64,000 nt of DNA from an uncultured bacterium (GTDB lineage Bacteria > Patescibacteriota > Patescibacteriia > Magasanikbacterales > GWA2-37-8): the NCBI GenBank assembly GCA_937903605.1, contig CALCZC010000025.1:3275-67274 (forward strand). Reading direction: 5' to 3'. Below, piece after piece: positions 10,026 to 18,447 of this stretch. Below the pieces are notes generated by a model that was not told the DNA's origin, made no database searches, and saw only the letters and a list, made by a program, of their open reading frames with translations. The position numbers and the translations under genes are program-made. How positions within the stretch are numbered: position 1 is the first letter of the stretch; each line of letters opens with the position of its first letter.

Positions 10026-10057
10026 AAAAACACTTCGTTTAAAAACGAAGTGTTTTT
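10026..10057 (+). terminator. Intrinsic terminator (bidirectional-type)
   Basis: AAAAACACTTCGTTT-AA-AAACGAAGTGTTTTT perfect inverted repeat after the stop at 10009. Confidence 0.8.
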
Positions 10058-10106
10058 AATTTTTAACTGTATTATTTTCAGTTTTAGAAATCTGTGACGA
10101 CTATGA

Positions 10107-10135
10107 TTGACAAAACTCTTAAATTAAGGTACTTT
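10107..10135 (+). promoter_or_regulatory. sigma70 promoter of cassette 1
   Basis: TTGACA-17 nt-TACTTT, then SD AAGGGAG before ATG 10186. Confidence 0.65.
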
Positions 10136-10185
10136 AGATAGTCGTTCGTTTACAATTTTATAGTCATTTTATAAGGGAGTTCGTC

Positions 10186-11718
10186 ATGAACACGTTTATC
10201 GCTCAGCAATCGTTGATCTGGATCCTCCTTTGTCTTTGCCTGATTCTTTTGGCGCTTCATTTCAAAAATGCGATCAAAAAGAAGAAAGAAAAACAAAGAC
10301 AGGATTTGGCTTTGGCAGAAGCCAAGAAAGAAGAAAAGCGTATGCTGGATTTACGAGAAGTATTACCCAAGCTTTTTACCGGCGCGCAACTAGATCATTT
10401 ACGGGCTAGACATTTCATTTTCAATGTCATGACGGCCGAAGAAAGAGACACAATGGCGCAGTGGTTTGAAACTCATGTGGAAATTTTCGGAAAATTTGAT
10501 TTTGAAACAGTCATTTCTGAGGAAAAAAGACCGCTGTTGAGCTTCGATGAATTTCAAGCTCTTTTTATGGTCGTTTTTAACGAAGGTTATTTTGATGCGA
10601 ACAAATTGCCTTTTGGTGGACAGTTGGAAATGTCTCAGAAGCTCAAATGGGCACAAATCCGTTTACGCTCTTCCATGCCGTCCAAAGAAGCAGAGGATGA
10701 AATGGACCGCTTAACCAAACAGGTGCGGTTTAGCCTGGAAGATCTCAACAGAGTGCGTAAATTGGCGGTCGCTGAGTTTGAAGCTCTGCAAAAAAAATCT
10801 CTGGAATTTGACCAGGTATTGGATAGATCGGAAAAAGCGGAAAAAGAGCGCTGGGAACTGTTTGTAGATACCAGGGAATTTTTGAAAGATTGGCCGGAAA
10901 TGAAAAAGGCCCTTTCCTTAGCTCGGTCTGAATACGAAGAACATCTCAAGGAATTGCTTGGTATCAAGAAAATGGGGATAGTTCAGATTCTCAAGGATAT
11001 TGCCGGTCACACCGAGGATCTGAACAAAATCAAAAAAGCCCTCGTTGACATGGAGAAGTGGCGTAAAGATAAGGAGAGTCTTCTGGAAAATAACCTGAGC
11101 AACCATCTGAACAAGATGTTTGAGCAGGCCAAAGACGATGCTGCTTTGCAACGTAAGCAGGCTCTGGATGAAATATCCAAAGTTGTGCATCAAGAGCTTG
11201 ATAAAATGGGTGAAGAAATTGCAGAACTACGTCAGAAGTTTGAAATGGTCCCTTCCGTGGTTGAAAAAAAGAAGGAAGAAGGACAATTCAACTGGTCTGC
11301 GACTATCTATGCTTTTTTTTCCATTTGCCTCATTGTTTTCATCTGGAGAGATCTTTCCAGAGAGAATGACCAATCGATGGTGGTTTTGGATAAGATCGCT
11401 CCGGTGGTGCAAGAAAATAATCTACTTTCCGATTCTGATCCGGAGGAATTTATTACAGTAGAGGAAAACGAGATACCGCCTTTTTATTCCGTTAACGAAG
11501 AAGAAGAAACTTCTTATGTTGAAGAAAAAGAATATTTGGAAAAAGAAACTAATTTTAATGAAGAGCCGAAATTGGTTCCAGTGCCGTTGATAGAAAAAAA
11601 GATAGCAAAAAAAGTTTTGGCTTTATGTCAGGACAAGAAATGCTGTCTTGATAGGTTCGGCAAGGACACTAAGACTTGGCCGCAGGCCATAGAGTGTATG
11701 CGATCAGTAAAAAAGTGA
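10186..11718 (+). CDS. Membrane-anchored coiled-coil protein (2 TM, acidic linker, Cys-containing C-terminus)
   Basis: TM at the N-terminus and near aa 370-388; long heptad region; C-terminal LCQDKKCC...EC; SD present. Confidence 0.8.
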   Translation: MNTFIAQQSLIWILLCLCLILLALHFKNAIKKKKEKQRQDLALAEAKKEEKRMLDLREVLPKLFTGAQLDHLRARHFIFNVMTAEERDTMAQWFETHVEIFGKFDFETVISEEKRPLLSFDEFQALFMVVFNEGYFDANKLPFGGQLEMSQKLKWAQIRLRSSMPSKEAEDEMDRLTKQVRFSLEDLNRVRKLAVAEFEALQKKSLEFDQVLDRSEKAEKERWELFVDTREFLKDWPEMKKALSLARSEYEEHLKELLGIKKMGIVQILKDIAGHTEDLNKIKKALVDMEKWRKDKESLLENNLSNHLNKMFEQAKDDAALQRKQALDEISKVVHQELDKMGEEIAELRQKFEMVPSVVEKKKEEGQFNWSATIYAFFSICLIVFIWRDLSRENDQSMVVLDKIAPVVQENNLLSDSDPEEFITVEENEIPPFYSVNEEEETSYVEEKEYLEKETNFNEEPKLVPVPLIEKKIAKKVLALCQDKKCCLDRFGKDTKTWPQAIECMRSVKK

Positions 11719-11733
11719 CTATATAAATTTTAC

Positions 11734-11762
11734 AAGGTCGGCCCATAAAGCCGACCTTTTTT
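11734..11762 (+). terminator. Intrinsic terminator
   Basis: AAGGTCGGC-CCATAAA-GCCGACCTT followed by a T run. Confidence 0.85.
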
Positions 11763-11880
11763 ATTTGAGTAACATTTGGATGATAAAAAGTATTATATAT
11801 GTATAATTTAAAAATATAGGATTAAATACTCAATATTTAACTAAATTTAGCCTTAAATTAGCCAAAAAGAGTAGGGGGTA

Positions 11881-11909
11881 TTGACAAAATTGTCTATTTG
11901 TGCTATAAT
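11881..11909 (+). promoter_or_regulatory. Perfect consensus sigma70 promoter
   Basis: TTGACA-17 nt-TATAAT with extended TG; near-duplicate at 19967. Confidence 0.85.
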
Positions 11910-12145
11910 ATGTCGTTACAATCAAAAAGGATTTTGATCCACTGTGGAAGAGGGTGATCAAAAGAACTATGAAAATAACTCCTTCCCGGGAGCGTTTTTT
12001 GTTCTTAAAATAAATTTTCTTTTTAACTGCACGGTTTAAAACATAAACCTTGTTAATAAGGAGAAAATTGTTCATTAAAATTAAAGATTTCGTTTATATA
12101 GGAAGTCCAGGATATTAACAACAGGAAAACACCAGGAGGTGTACG

Positions 12146-13129
12146 ATGAAGAAGATGATGCTTTTTGTCGCGATAGTTTTCGCGATGGTTACCGTGACTG
12201 CGCAGCAGAGCGTGTATCCCCTTAATCCCAGTTCCACAATCACGGTGCAGGAATGCATCGATCTGATGAACGCTGCCAAAACCGCCCAGACCAAAACCAC
12301 CGAAATGAAAAAGAAAGTGGAAGGGGTGGTCGCTGCTGTCAAAAAGGGTAACAAGACTCCGGAAGATGGGTCCAAAGAGATCTCCAAAGAGATCAAGGAG
12401 AACCCCGAAGTTCCTCTGGAAAGCAGAAAGGCGGCTAACGAAGTTGCCAGGAAAGTCCTTTATAAAAAGGATCTGACCGAAGCAATGGAAGCTTTCGAGA
12501 CCACTTTCAAGGCGGACCTCGCCAGATTGGAGGAGAAAATCTCCGGTCTTGAGGAAAGGATGGCAAAGCTTGAAGAAAGCGATGCTAAACAGAATGAACG
12601 CCTTGGCAATGTCGAGGAGGTGGTCGCAGATCATGAAAACCGGCTGGATAACCTGGAAGAGGGAATATTCTCCGGTTACTTCGGTGCAAAGTTTCTCACT
12701 TCTTCGGTGTTCGATACTGCCGGTGGTGGCGAACTGGGTATGACCGTGAAAATCGGCAAGCTCAATGGCCCGTTCAAAGCCGACTTCGGCGCAACCCTGT
12801 ATGGTTCGGAGATCAAAAATCTCATAGGAATCGAAGGCAGGGGCATAATCACCTGGATGAGCGACGATTTCAAATTCGTCAAGCTCGGCCTTGGTGGTAT
12901 GGGCGGTGGCATGTTTGATGTCAATAACGCCGGAAGAGTTTCCACTTCCTACGGCGGTGGGCAGTTCGAGATTTCGGCCGTTTACAAACGGTACGAGCTC
13001 TATGCCGATGTCAACCTCGGCGCAAGGGACATGCGCAAGATAAGCGGCCAGCACGAAACCAGTTTCTACTGGGGAGTGATAACTGGCGTCCGCATAAACT
13101 TCGGCGGTCCGTTCGAGACCGTCAAGTAA
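12146..13129 (+). CDS. Secreted coiled-coil protein with a C-terminal predicted outer-membrane-type beta-barrel
   Basis: SD AGGAGGT; Sec signal peptide; coiled coil (LARLEEKISGLEERMAKLEE); about 8 amphipathic Gly/aromatic strands ending FYWGVITGVRINF. Confidence 0.7.
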   Translation: MKKMMLFVAIVFAMVTVTAQQSVYPLNPSSTITVQECIDLMNAAKTAQTKTTEMKKKVEGVVAAVKKGNKTPEDGSKEISKEIKENPEVPLESRKAANEVARKVLYKKDLTEAMEAFETTFKADLARLEEKISGLEERMAKLEESDAKQNERLGNVEEVVADHENRLDNLEEGIFSGYFGAKFLTSSVFDTAGGGELGMTVKIGKLNGPFKADFGATLYGSEIKNLIGIEGRGIITWMSDDFKFVKLGLGGMGGGMFDVNNAGRVSTSYGGGQFEISAVYKRYELYADVNLGARDMRKISGQHETSFYWGVITGVRINFGGPFETVK

Positions 13130-13227
13130 AACGAATATCTTTAAAACGGGAGGGTGAGTTCTTCACCCTCCTATCCCAATCCTTGTCAATAACTTGTTTG
13201 TTGACAGAGTAATGGGAAACCATTAAC

Positions 13228-13243
13228 TGCTCTTTGAAAATTT
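13228..13243 (+). promoter_or_regulatory. boxA-like (Nus factor) element
   Basis: TGCTCTTTGAAAATTT matches 10/12 of E. coli rrn boxA TGCTCTTTAACA; lies in the 5' leader after two hairpins. Confidence 0.6.
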
Positions 13244-13322
13244 GCTGTAGAAAAAACCCTTTGAGAGGGTTTATATATAGAGGTTACAGGTAGTTTCATA
13301 ACAAACATCTTTGGAGGATGCC

Positions 13323-14174
13323 ATGAAGAACGTACTTTTTTTCTTTGCCGTCGTGTGTGCGATGGTTTTCACCGTTTCCTGCGCCAACTGCACTTACAAT
13401 GAGAAGCTCGGCGCGTGTATCGAAGACATGCCCGAAGAGACCGATGACGCCAAGACCGACATCGACGACGCCAAGACCGACGACGAAAAGTCGGACACCG
13501 ACACTGTCGAAGGTCCCAAACAGGGTGAAGAAGGCGGAAAATGCTTCGCCAACAAGTCCTGTATGGAAGGGCTGGAATGCATTAAGCTCAATGAAGACTA
13601 TATCTGCATCGTAGCAGAAGAAGTCGATGACGACCTCGCAAGCGACGACGAAGAGACCGACGACGAAACCAGCGATGATGACGCAGTCGATCCCGACCTT
13701 GGAAAAGAAGGTCATGGCTGTCTTCCGAACGGAACCTGCAACGAAGGTCTCGTATGTGACCAGGCTTCCGAGAACGAAACCGATGTCTGCGTAAAAGCGG
13801 TCGGCGTAGTCGGAGATAAGGACGGCTCGTGTAAGCCCGATCGGACTTGTAACACAACCTCACTGGTTTGTTACCGTGAAGACTTCGTCTGTCATAATAT
13901 GCCGACCGTCGGCACACGCACCGTTTGCTGGTCGCGTGAACTCAATACCTCACCGGTGCAGGATTCCTGCTCGAAAGAAGGGGGCATCGCTCCCGCGGTA
14001 TTTGAGTATGTCAGCGGGACAAAAACCCCGAACTGCGAAGGACTCGTGAATGTGGACCCGGAGTTCGAATGCGTGCGTATCAACGCAACGGTCGAAACCT
14101 TCCGTAATTCCACACCGGCCGAGCGAGATGACCTCGCCCTCACTTCGTCGTTCTACCTTCCGCCCATAAATTAA
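13323..14174 (+). CDS. Cys-rich/Asp-rich lipoprotein (paralogue A)
   Basis: SD TGGAGG; signal peptide ending TVS-C; three G.EG..C..N..C..GL.C modules separated by acidic linkers. Confidence 0.85.
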   Translation: MKNVLFFFAVVCAMVFTVSCANCTYNEKLGACIEDMPEETDDAKTDIDDAKTDDEKSDTDTVEGPKQGEEGGKCFANKSCMEGLECIKLNEDYICIVAEEVDDDLASDDEETDDETSDDDAVDPDLGKEGHGCLPNGTCNEGLVCDQASENETDVCVKAVGVVGDKDGSCKPDRTCNTTSLVCYREDFVCHNMPTVGTRTVCWSRELNTSPVQDSCSKEGGIAPAVFEYVSGTKTPNCEGLVNVDPEFECVRINATVETFRNSTPAERDDLALTSSFYLPPIN

Positions 14175-14220
14175 CGGCGGACCCCAAGTGCTTTTGGGGT
14201 GACTACAGCAACTTTTACTT

Positions 14221-14250
14221 GACAGCCGATGCACCGGCTGTCTTTTTTTT
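14221..14250 (+). terminator. Intrinsic terminator
   Basis: GACAGCCG-ATGCAC-CGGCTGTC followed by T8. Confidence 0.85.
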
Positions 14251-14282
14251 ATCAATTTTCCCCTCCTTTTGATAAGAGGAGG

Positions 14283-14302
14283 CCTGCCTGCCGGTAGGCA
14301 GG
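14283..14302. repeat. Short GC-rich palindrome (REP-like)
   Basis: CCTGCCTGCCGGTAGGCAGG, intergenic near-perfect palindrome. Confidence 0.55.
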
Positions 14303-14331
14303 ACTAGGGTGGAGTCAAGTGGAAAAAATAG

Positions 14332-14360
14332 TTGACAAATTATAAATTTTATGCTACATT
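14332..14360 (+). promoter_or_regulatory. sigma70 promoter
   Basis: TTGACA-17 nt-TACATT with extended TG. Confidence 0.75.
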
Positions 14361-14439
14361 TAGCTGTTAAAAGATTTTCCTTTTTCGGCGCTTTTAATGG
14401 GTTTTTTGTATTTATTTTGAAAGTGCAAAAAAGAGGGAA

Positions 14440-14455
14440 AGCTCTTTGAAAAATT
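14440..14455 (+). promoter_or_regulatory. boxA-like element
   Basis: AGCTCTTTGAAAAATT in the leader between promoter and SD. Confidence 0.6.
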
Positions 14456-14525
14456 AGCAACTTTAGATAGGGAGAACAGAATGAAAAACGGTTTTAACAA
14501 CAGCAACTGCACGGAGGTGCACGCA

Positions 14526-17500
14526 ATGAAGAACTACTTCGTTTTTTTCATCGCCGTAGCGATGATGCTCATGCTTGCTTGTGAAAGCAGCAAAGACGGT
14601 CGTGATGGTCGTGATGGTCGCGATGGTATCGCGGGCCAGGACGGCCAGGATGGTCAGGACGGGGAAGATGCTCCGGTTTCGCTTTCGCGCTCCGAAAAAG
14701 CGAGTGAAGAAGAAGCGCGTGAGAACTGTGGCGAGGACATCGTCAACGCCAATTGGATCTGTACCGGCGTGGACGAAAATGAAAATGGCTATCTCGACGA
14801 TTATGAATTCGCCGAATGCCATATTGAATGCGCGGGTGCGCCCGGTCACAGTGCATTGGTTGCAAAAACCGATACCACACAAACCGAGTGTCCCAACGGC
14901 GGATTTCATTTTCTTTCCGGTATTGACACCAACGACAATGGCGAGCTTGATGCCGAAGAAGTTTTGGTTGATGAGCTCGTTTGTAACGGCGTTGATGGTC
15001 AGGATGGTATCGGTGATGTAGTTCGTACCAGTACGGAACCCGCCGGCACCAACTGCCAAAACGGTGGTCAGAAAATCGAGCGTGGTCGCGATCTCAACCG
15101 CAACGGTCAGCTGGATGTGTCCGAGATTACCAGTACAAATTATGTATGCAATGGTATTGACGGTACGAACGGGCATGATGCGAGGACTCGCACCAGTATT
15201 ACCAATGATCCGACATTGTGTGCCAGCGGTTCCGGAGTTATTTTTGAATCCGGTACTGACAACAATGACAACGGAGTGCTCGATGATCCGGAGGTTTCCA
15301 CTACGGATGTTATCTGTGATGGTGCCAACGGTAAGACCACACGCATGATCGTGGCCACAGAACCCGCAGGAACAAACTGCGCAGTCGGCGGTTTTTCCGT
15401 CGTTTATGGCGTAGATGAAAATGACAATGGACTTCTCGATACTACCGAGCAGTCGCCCGCACAGTACATCTGTCATGGACAAGACGGTTACAGTGTCGTG
15501 ATGAGAGTCACGGCTGATATTGCTGTTTGTTCATGGAACGGATACAGGTTGCAGTTCGGTCAGGATCTTGATCGTAATGGTATCTTGGATACCGGCGAGG
15601 AAACATCCGACTTTTATATCTGCAACGGATCCGATGGTCTCATTTCCCGCATCAATATTTCCGACGAGCCCAATGGTGAAAACTGTGCGGCCAGCGGAAA
15701 AAGAATAGATACGGGGATGGACATCAATCGCAACGGCCTGCTTGACAGCACCGAGATTACCACGACCAACTATGTCTGCAACGGTGTGCAGGGTCCGCAG
15801 GGAGTTCGGGGATACAATTCGCTTTCGCGGATAACTCCGGATCTTGGCGGAACAGTCTGCACCTGGGGTGGATATTATTTGGAAGTCGGCACAGACATCA
15901 ATGAAGACTGGATCTTGGATCTGGATGAAGTTGGTCACAGTGCTTATGTCTGCAACGGTATAGATGGTAAGACCTGCAGTTCCATACTCAACGATGAACC
16001 CATCGGTACGAACTGTGCTTACGGCGGAAAAATCGTGTATTCCGGTTGTGACGATGATTACAACGGTGTGCTGGACCTCTACGAGGTCGTTCATACCGAC
16101 TACATCTGTAACGGCGCCACCGGTGCGATAGGTCCTGCCGGGTACAATGCCCTGACCAATATGCAAATAGCGGTCAGCGGTTGTCCCAATGGCGGATATG
16201 TTTTCACTGCCGGCACAGACGCCAATGATGATCAGATCCTTGATCTCACGGAAGTGACGGTCACGAATCTTATCTGTCATGGTGTCAATGGCCAGGATGG
16301 TTATACCTATCGTGTGCAGATGGTTGATGAACCCGTGAGTACAAATTGTGTTCAAGGTGGCAAGGCTATCAGTGGAGGTATAGACAGCAACCGTAATGGT
16401 GTGCTCGATCCTTCCGAAGCCGATGATCCGGTTTACATCTGTCATGGTGCAAACGGACTGCCCGGCGCCAATGGTCAAAACGGTCTAAGTATGGCTTTTG
16501 TCATCAGCGTGGCGAGCATTTCCGAATGCCCGGCCGGTGGTGAGAAGCTGGAGCTTGGATTGGATATTGATGCCAGTGGCGTGCTTGAGCTCGTTGAAGT
16601 TACTAGCACGGTTCTCATCTGCAATGGTCAGAACGGTCAGAACGGTAAAAATTCTTTGACCACTATGACCGTGGAGCCCATAGGTACAAACTGCGCCAAA
16701 GGCGGCCATCTCTTGTTGGTCGGTATTGACGACAATGAAAACGGTATTTTGGATTCCAGTGAAGCCGGGGTTCCGCAGTATGTCTGCCATGGTTTGGATG
16801 GCATCAATGGTGCCAACGGGACCAACGGCCACAATGCTTTGGCGATGGTTACCACATCCACTTTGGGATTCTGTCCCAATGGCGGATCCGAACTGCGGAC
16901 CGGAACTGATCTCAATGATGATGGGGTTTTGAATGCGGGCGAAGTTTCTTCGTTTGCGCTTATCTGTAACGGCCAGAACGGCGCCAATGGTGCCGACGGT
17001 TACAGCTCCAGAACTACGATGATCAGTGAGCCCGCAGGTGCCAATTGCCAGGCCGGAGGATTTTTTATTATCTCCGGTACTGATACCAACAACAACGGCG
17101 CGTTGGATGTTACGGAAATTGAATATTCCGGATACATCTGCAACGGCATAAATGGGAATCCCGGCAGTAATGCCGTAACCCGTGGCCGTCTCGCGCTCGT
17201 TTCTGAATGTCTTAATGGCGGAAGCATCGTGGAAACCGGTACGGATAGTAACAACAATGCTGTACTGGACGATGTGGAAGTCATGACGATAAGTTATCTC
17301 TGCAACGGTGATCCGGGAACAAATGGCCAGGATGGCATTTCCTATCGTGTTATCATCACCAATGAATCCGCTGGAATTAATTGTCAGGCCGGTGGAAAAA
17401 AATTGGAAGGTGGTTACGATACTAACAGGAATAATATCCTGGATCCAGGCGAAATCGTAATGACCGAGTATGTCTGCAACGGCATGGACGGTCAGGATGG

Positions 17501-18296
17501 TCAGGATGGTGTGAACGCACTGCTGCGTATGGAAGATGAACCCGCAGGGGTAAATTGCGAACGCGGTGGCAAAGCAATCCTTTCCGGTTACGATCTGGAT
17601 AGTGATAATTACCTGGATGACACCGAAGTGCTTGCACAGAGTTATCTCTGCAACGCCAAGATCGTTTACTCGGTTGGCGCAGAAAGCACCTATGGTACAT
17701 TCACGGCCTATACAGCCAGCACGGTTTCGTATTGCAAAATATATGGTACGACTCTTGAAGCCGTTGCTTACATTAGCGATGTGGGTAATGCGGCGGTAGT
17801 GGCTACGGATTGGGAAGCGGTGGAGTGTTTCAACACTTCCCATGTCCGGGTGAACATCATTTCTTGTTCCGGTAGCGGTTTTGCGCAGAGCAATGTCGGT
17901 GTGTGCACTTATGACGGATCCGTGTATGCGCGTGGCGGTTTGGGGCAGACTTGTAAGCCCAATCGTGCGTGTGATAGCGGTGTCTGCCGACTTCTGGACA
18001 CGACCTGCATTACCAAACCCTCTCCGGGAGCGGGCGAATACGCTTTTTATTGGGACGGCACTATGAACTCCGGCGGAACCACTTGCGAAAGCTATGGTGG
18101 TAACTACTACTCACCGGTGGTGGGTCAGTGGGATATTTCCGGAGTGCCCAACTGTAATGCCGATCTCGGTGATCCGGTTAGGGGACTCAAGTTCTACACC
18201 GGGTGCATCACGGATCAGAGTGATTTTGATACTCTTGATCCTGCCACTCGTCATTGCACCGGTCCGGCTTATGCCACGGTGCTGGCGCCCTGGTAA
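14526..18296 (+). CDS. Large repetitive lipoprotein: 18 Cys-bracketed DxNxNGxLD Ca-binding-type repeats with collagen-like linkers (paralogue B)
   Basis: SD CGGAGGT; lipobox MLA-C; repeats (EPxGxN)CxxGG...GxDxNxNGxLDxxE...xCNG; GxxGxx linkers; C-terminal domain shared with neighbouring genes. Confidence 0.9.
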   Translation: MKNYFVFFIAVAMMLMLACESSKDGRDGRDGRDGIAGQDGQDGQDGEDAPVSLSRSEKASEEEARENCGEDIVNANWICTGVDENENGYLDDYEFAECHIECAGAPGHSALVAKTDTTQTECPNGGFHFLSGIDTNDNGELDAEEVLVDELVCNGVDGQDGIGDVVRTSTEPAGTNCQNGGQKIERGRDLNRNGQLDVSEITSTNYVCNGIDGTNGHDARTRTSITNDPTLCASGSGVIFESGTDNNDNGVLDDPEVSTTDVICDGANGKTTRMIVATEPAGTNCAVGGFSVVYGVDENDNGLLDTTEQSPAQYICHGQDGYSVVMRVTADIAVCSWNGYRLQFGQDLDRNGILDTGEETSDFYICNGSDGLISRINISDEPNGENCAASGKRIDTGMDINRNGLLDSTEITTTNYVCNGVQGPQGVRGYNSLSRITPDLGGTVCTWGGYYLEVGTDINEDWILDLDEVGHSAYVCNGIDGKTCSSILNDEPIGTNCAYGGKIVYSGCDDDYNGVLDLYEVVHTDYICNGATGAIGPAGYNALTNMQIAVSGCPNGGYVFTAGTDANDDQILDLTEVTVTNLICHGVNGQDGYTYRVQMVDEPVSTNCVQGGKAISGGIDSNRNGVLDPSEADDPVYICHGANGLPGANGQNGLSMAFVISVASISECPAGGEKLELGLDIDASGVLELVEVTSTVLICNGQNGQNGKNSLTTMTVEPIGTNCAKGGHLLLVGIDDNENGILDSSEAGVPQYVCHGLDGINGANGTNGHNALAMVTTSTLGFCPNGGSELRTGTDLNDDGVLNAGEVSSFALICNGQNGANGADGYSSRTTMISEPAGANCQAGGFFIISGTDTNNNGALDVTEIEYSGYICNGINGNPGSNAVTRGRLALVSECLNGGSIVETGTDSNNNAVLDDVEVMTISYLCNGDPGTNGQDGISYRVIITNESAGINCQAGGKKLEGGYDTNRNNILDPGEIVMTEYVCNGMDGQDGQDGVNALLRMEDEPAGVNCERGGKAILSGYDLDSDNYLDDTEVLAQSYLCNAKIVYSVGAESTYGTFTAYTASTVSYCKIYGTTLEAVAYISDVGNAAVVATDWEAVECFNTSHVRVNIISCSGSGFAQSNVGVCTYDGSVYARGGLGQTCKPNRACDSGVCRLLDTTCITKPSPGAGEYAFYWDGTMNSGGTTCESYGGNYYSPVVGQWDISGVPNCNADLGDPVRGLKFYTGCITDQSDFDTLDPATRHCTGPAYATVLAPW

Positions 18297-18314
18297 GTTG
18301 CTTTAGTTCATTTC

Positions 18315-18342
18315 AGGCGGTCCTTCTAGGACCGCCTTTTTT
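18315..18342 (+). terminator. Intrinsic terminator
   Basis: AGGCGGTCC-TTCTA-GGACCGCCT followed by a T run. Confidence 0.9.
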
Positions 18343-18353
18343 ATTATAGGTAT

Positions 18354-18409
18354 TTGACATACATTGATGAGTGATATATAATGGTTTGTTAAAAGTTCTT
18401 TGATATTTT
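18354..18409 (+). promoter_or_regulatory. Consensus sigma70 promoter followed by a boxA-like element
   Basis: TTGACA(18354)-17 nt-TATAAT(18377); AGTTCTTTGATATTTT at 18394. Confidence 0.8.
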
Positions 18410-18447
18410 AGACAGATAATAAACCATAATTCATGATGGAGGTTGTC

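Noticed and set aside
13201-13229. TTGACA as a promoter for lipoprotein A
   Set aside because: No acceptable -10 at 16-18 nt; the hexamer is one arm of a hairpin.
14463-17843. Long minus-strand ORFs (339, 315 and 452 aa), and likewise 12053-13054 and 20523-21305
   Set aside because: Antisense shadows of GC-richer plus-strand genes; no SD, motifs or plausible protein composition.
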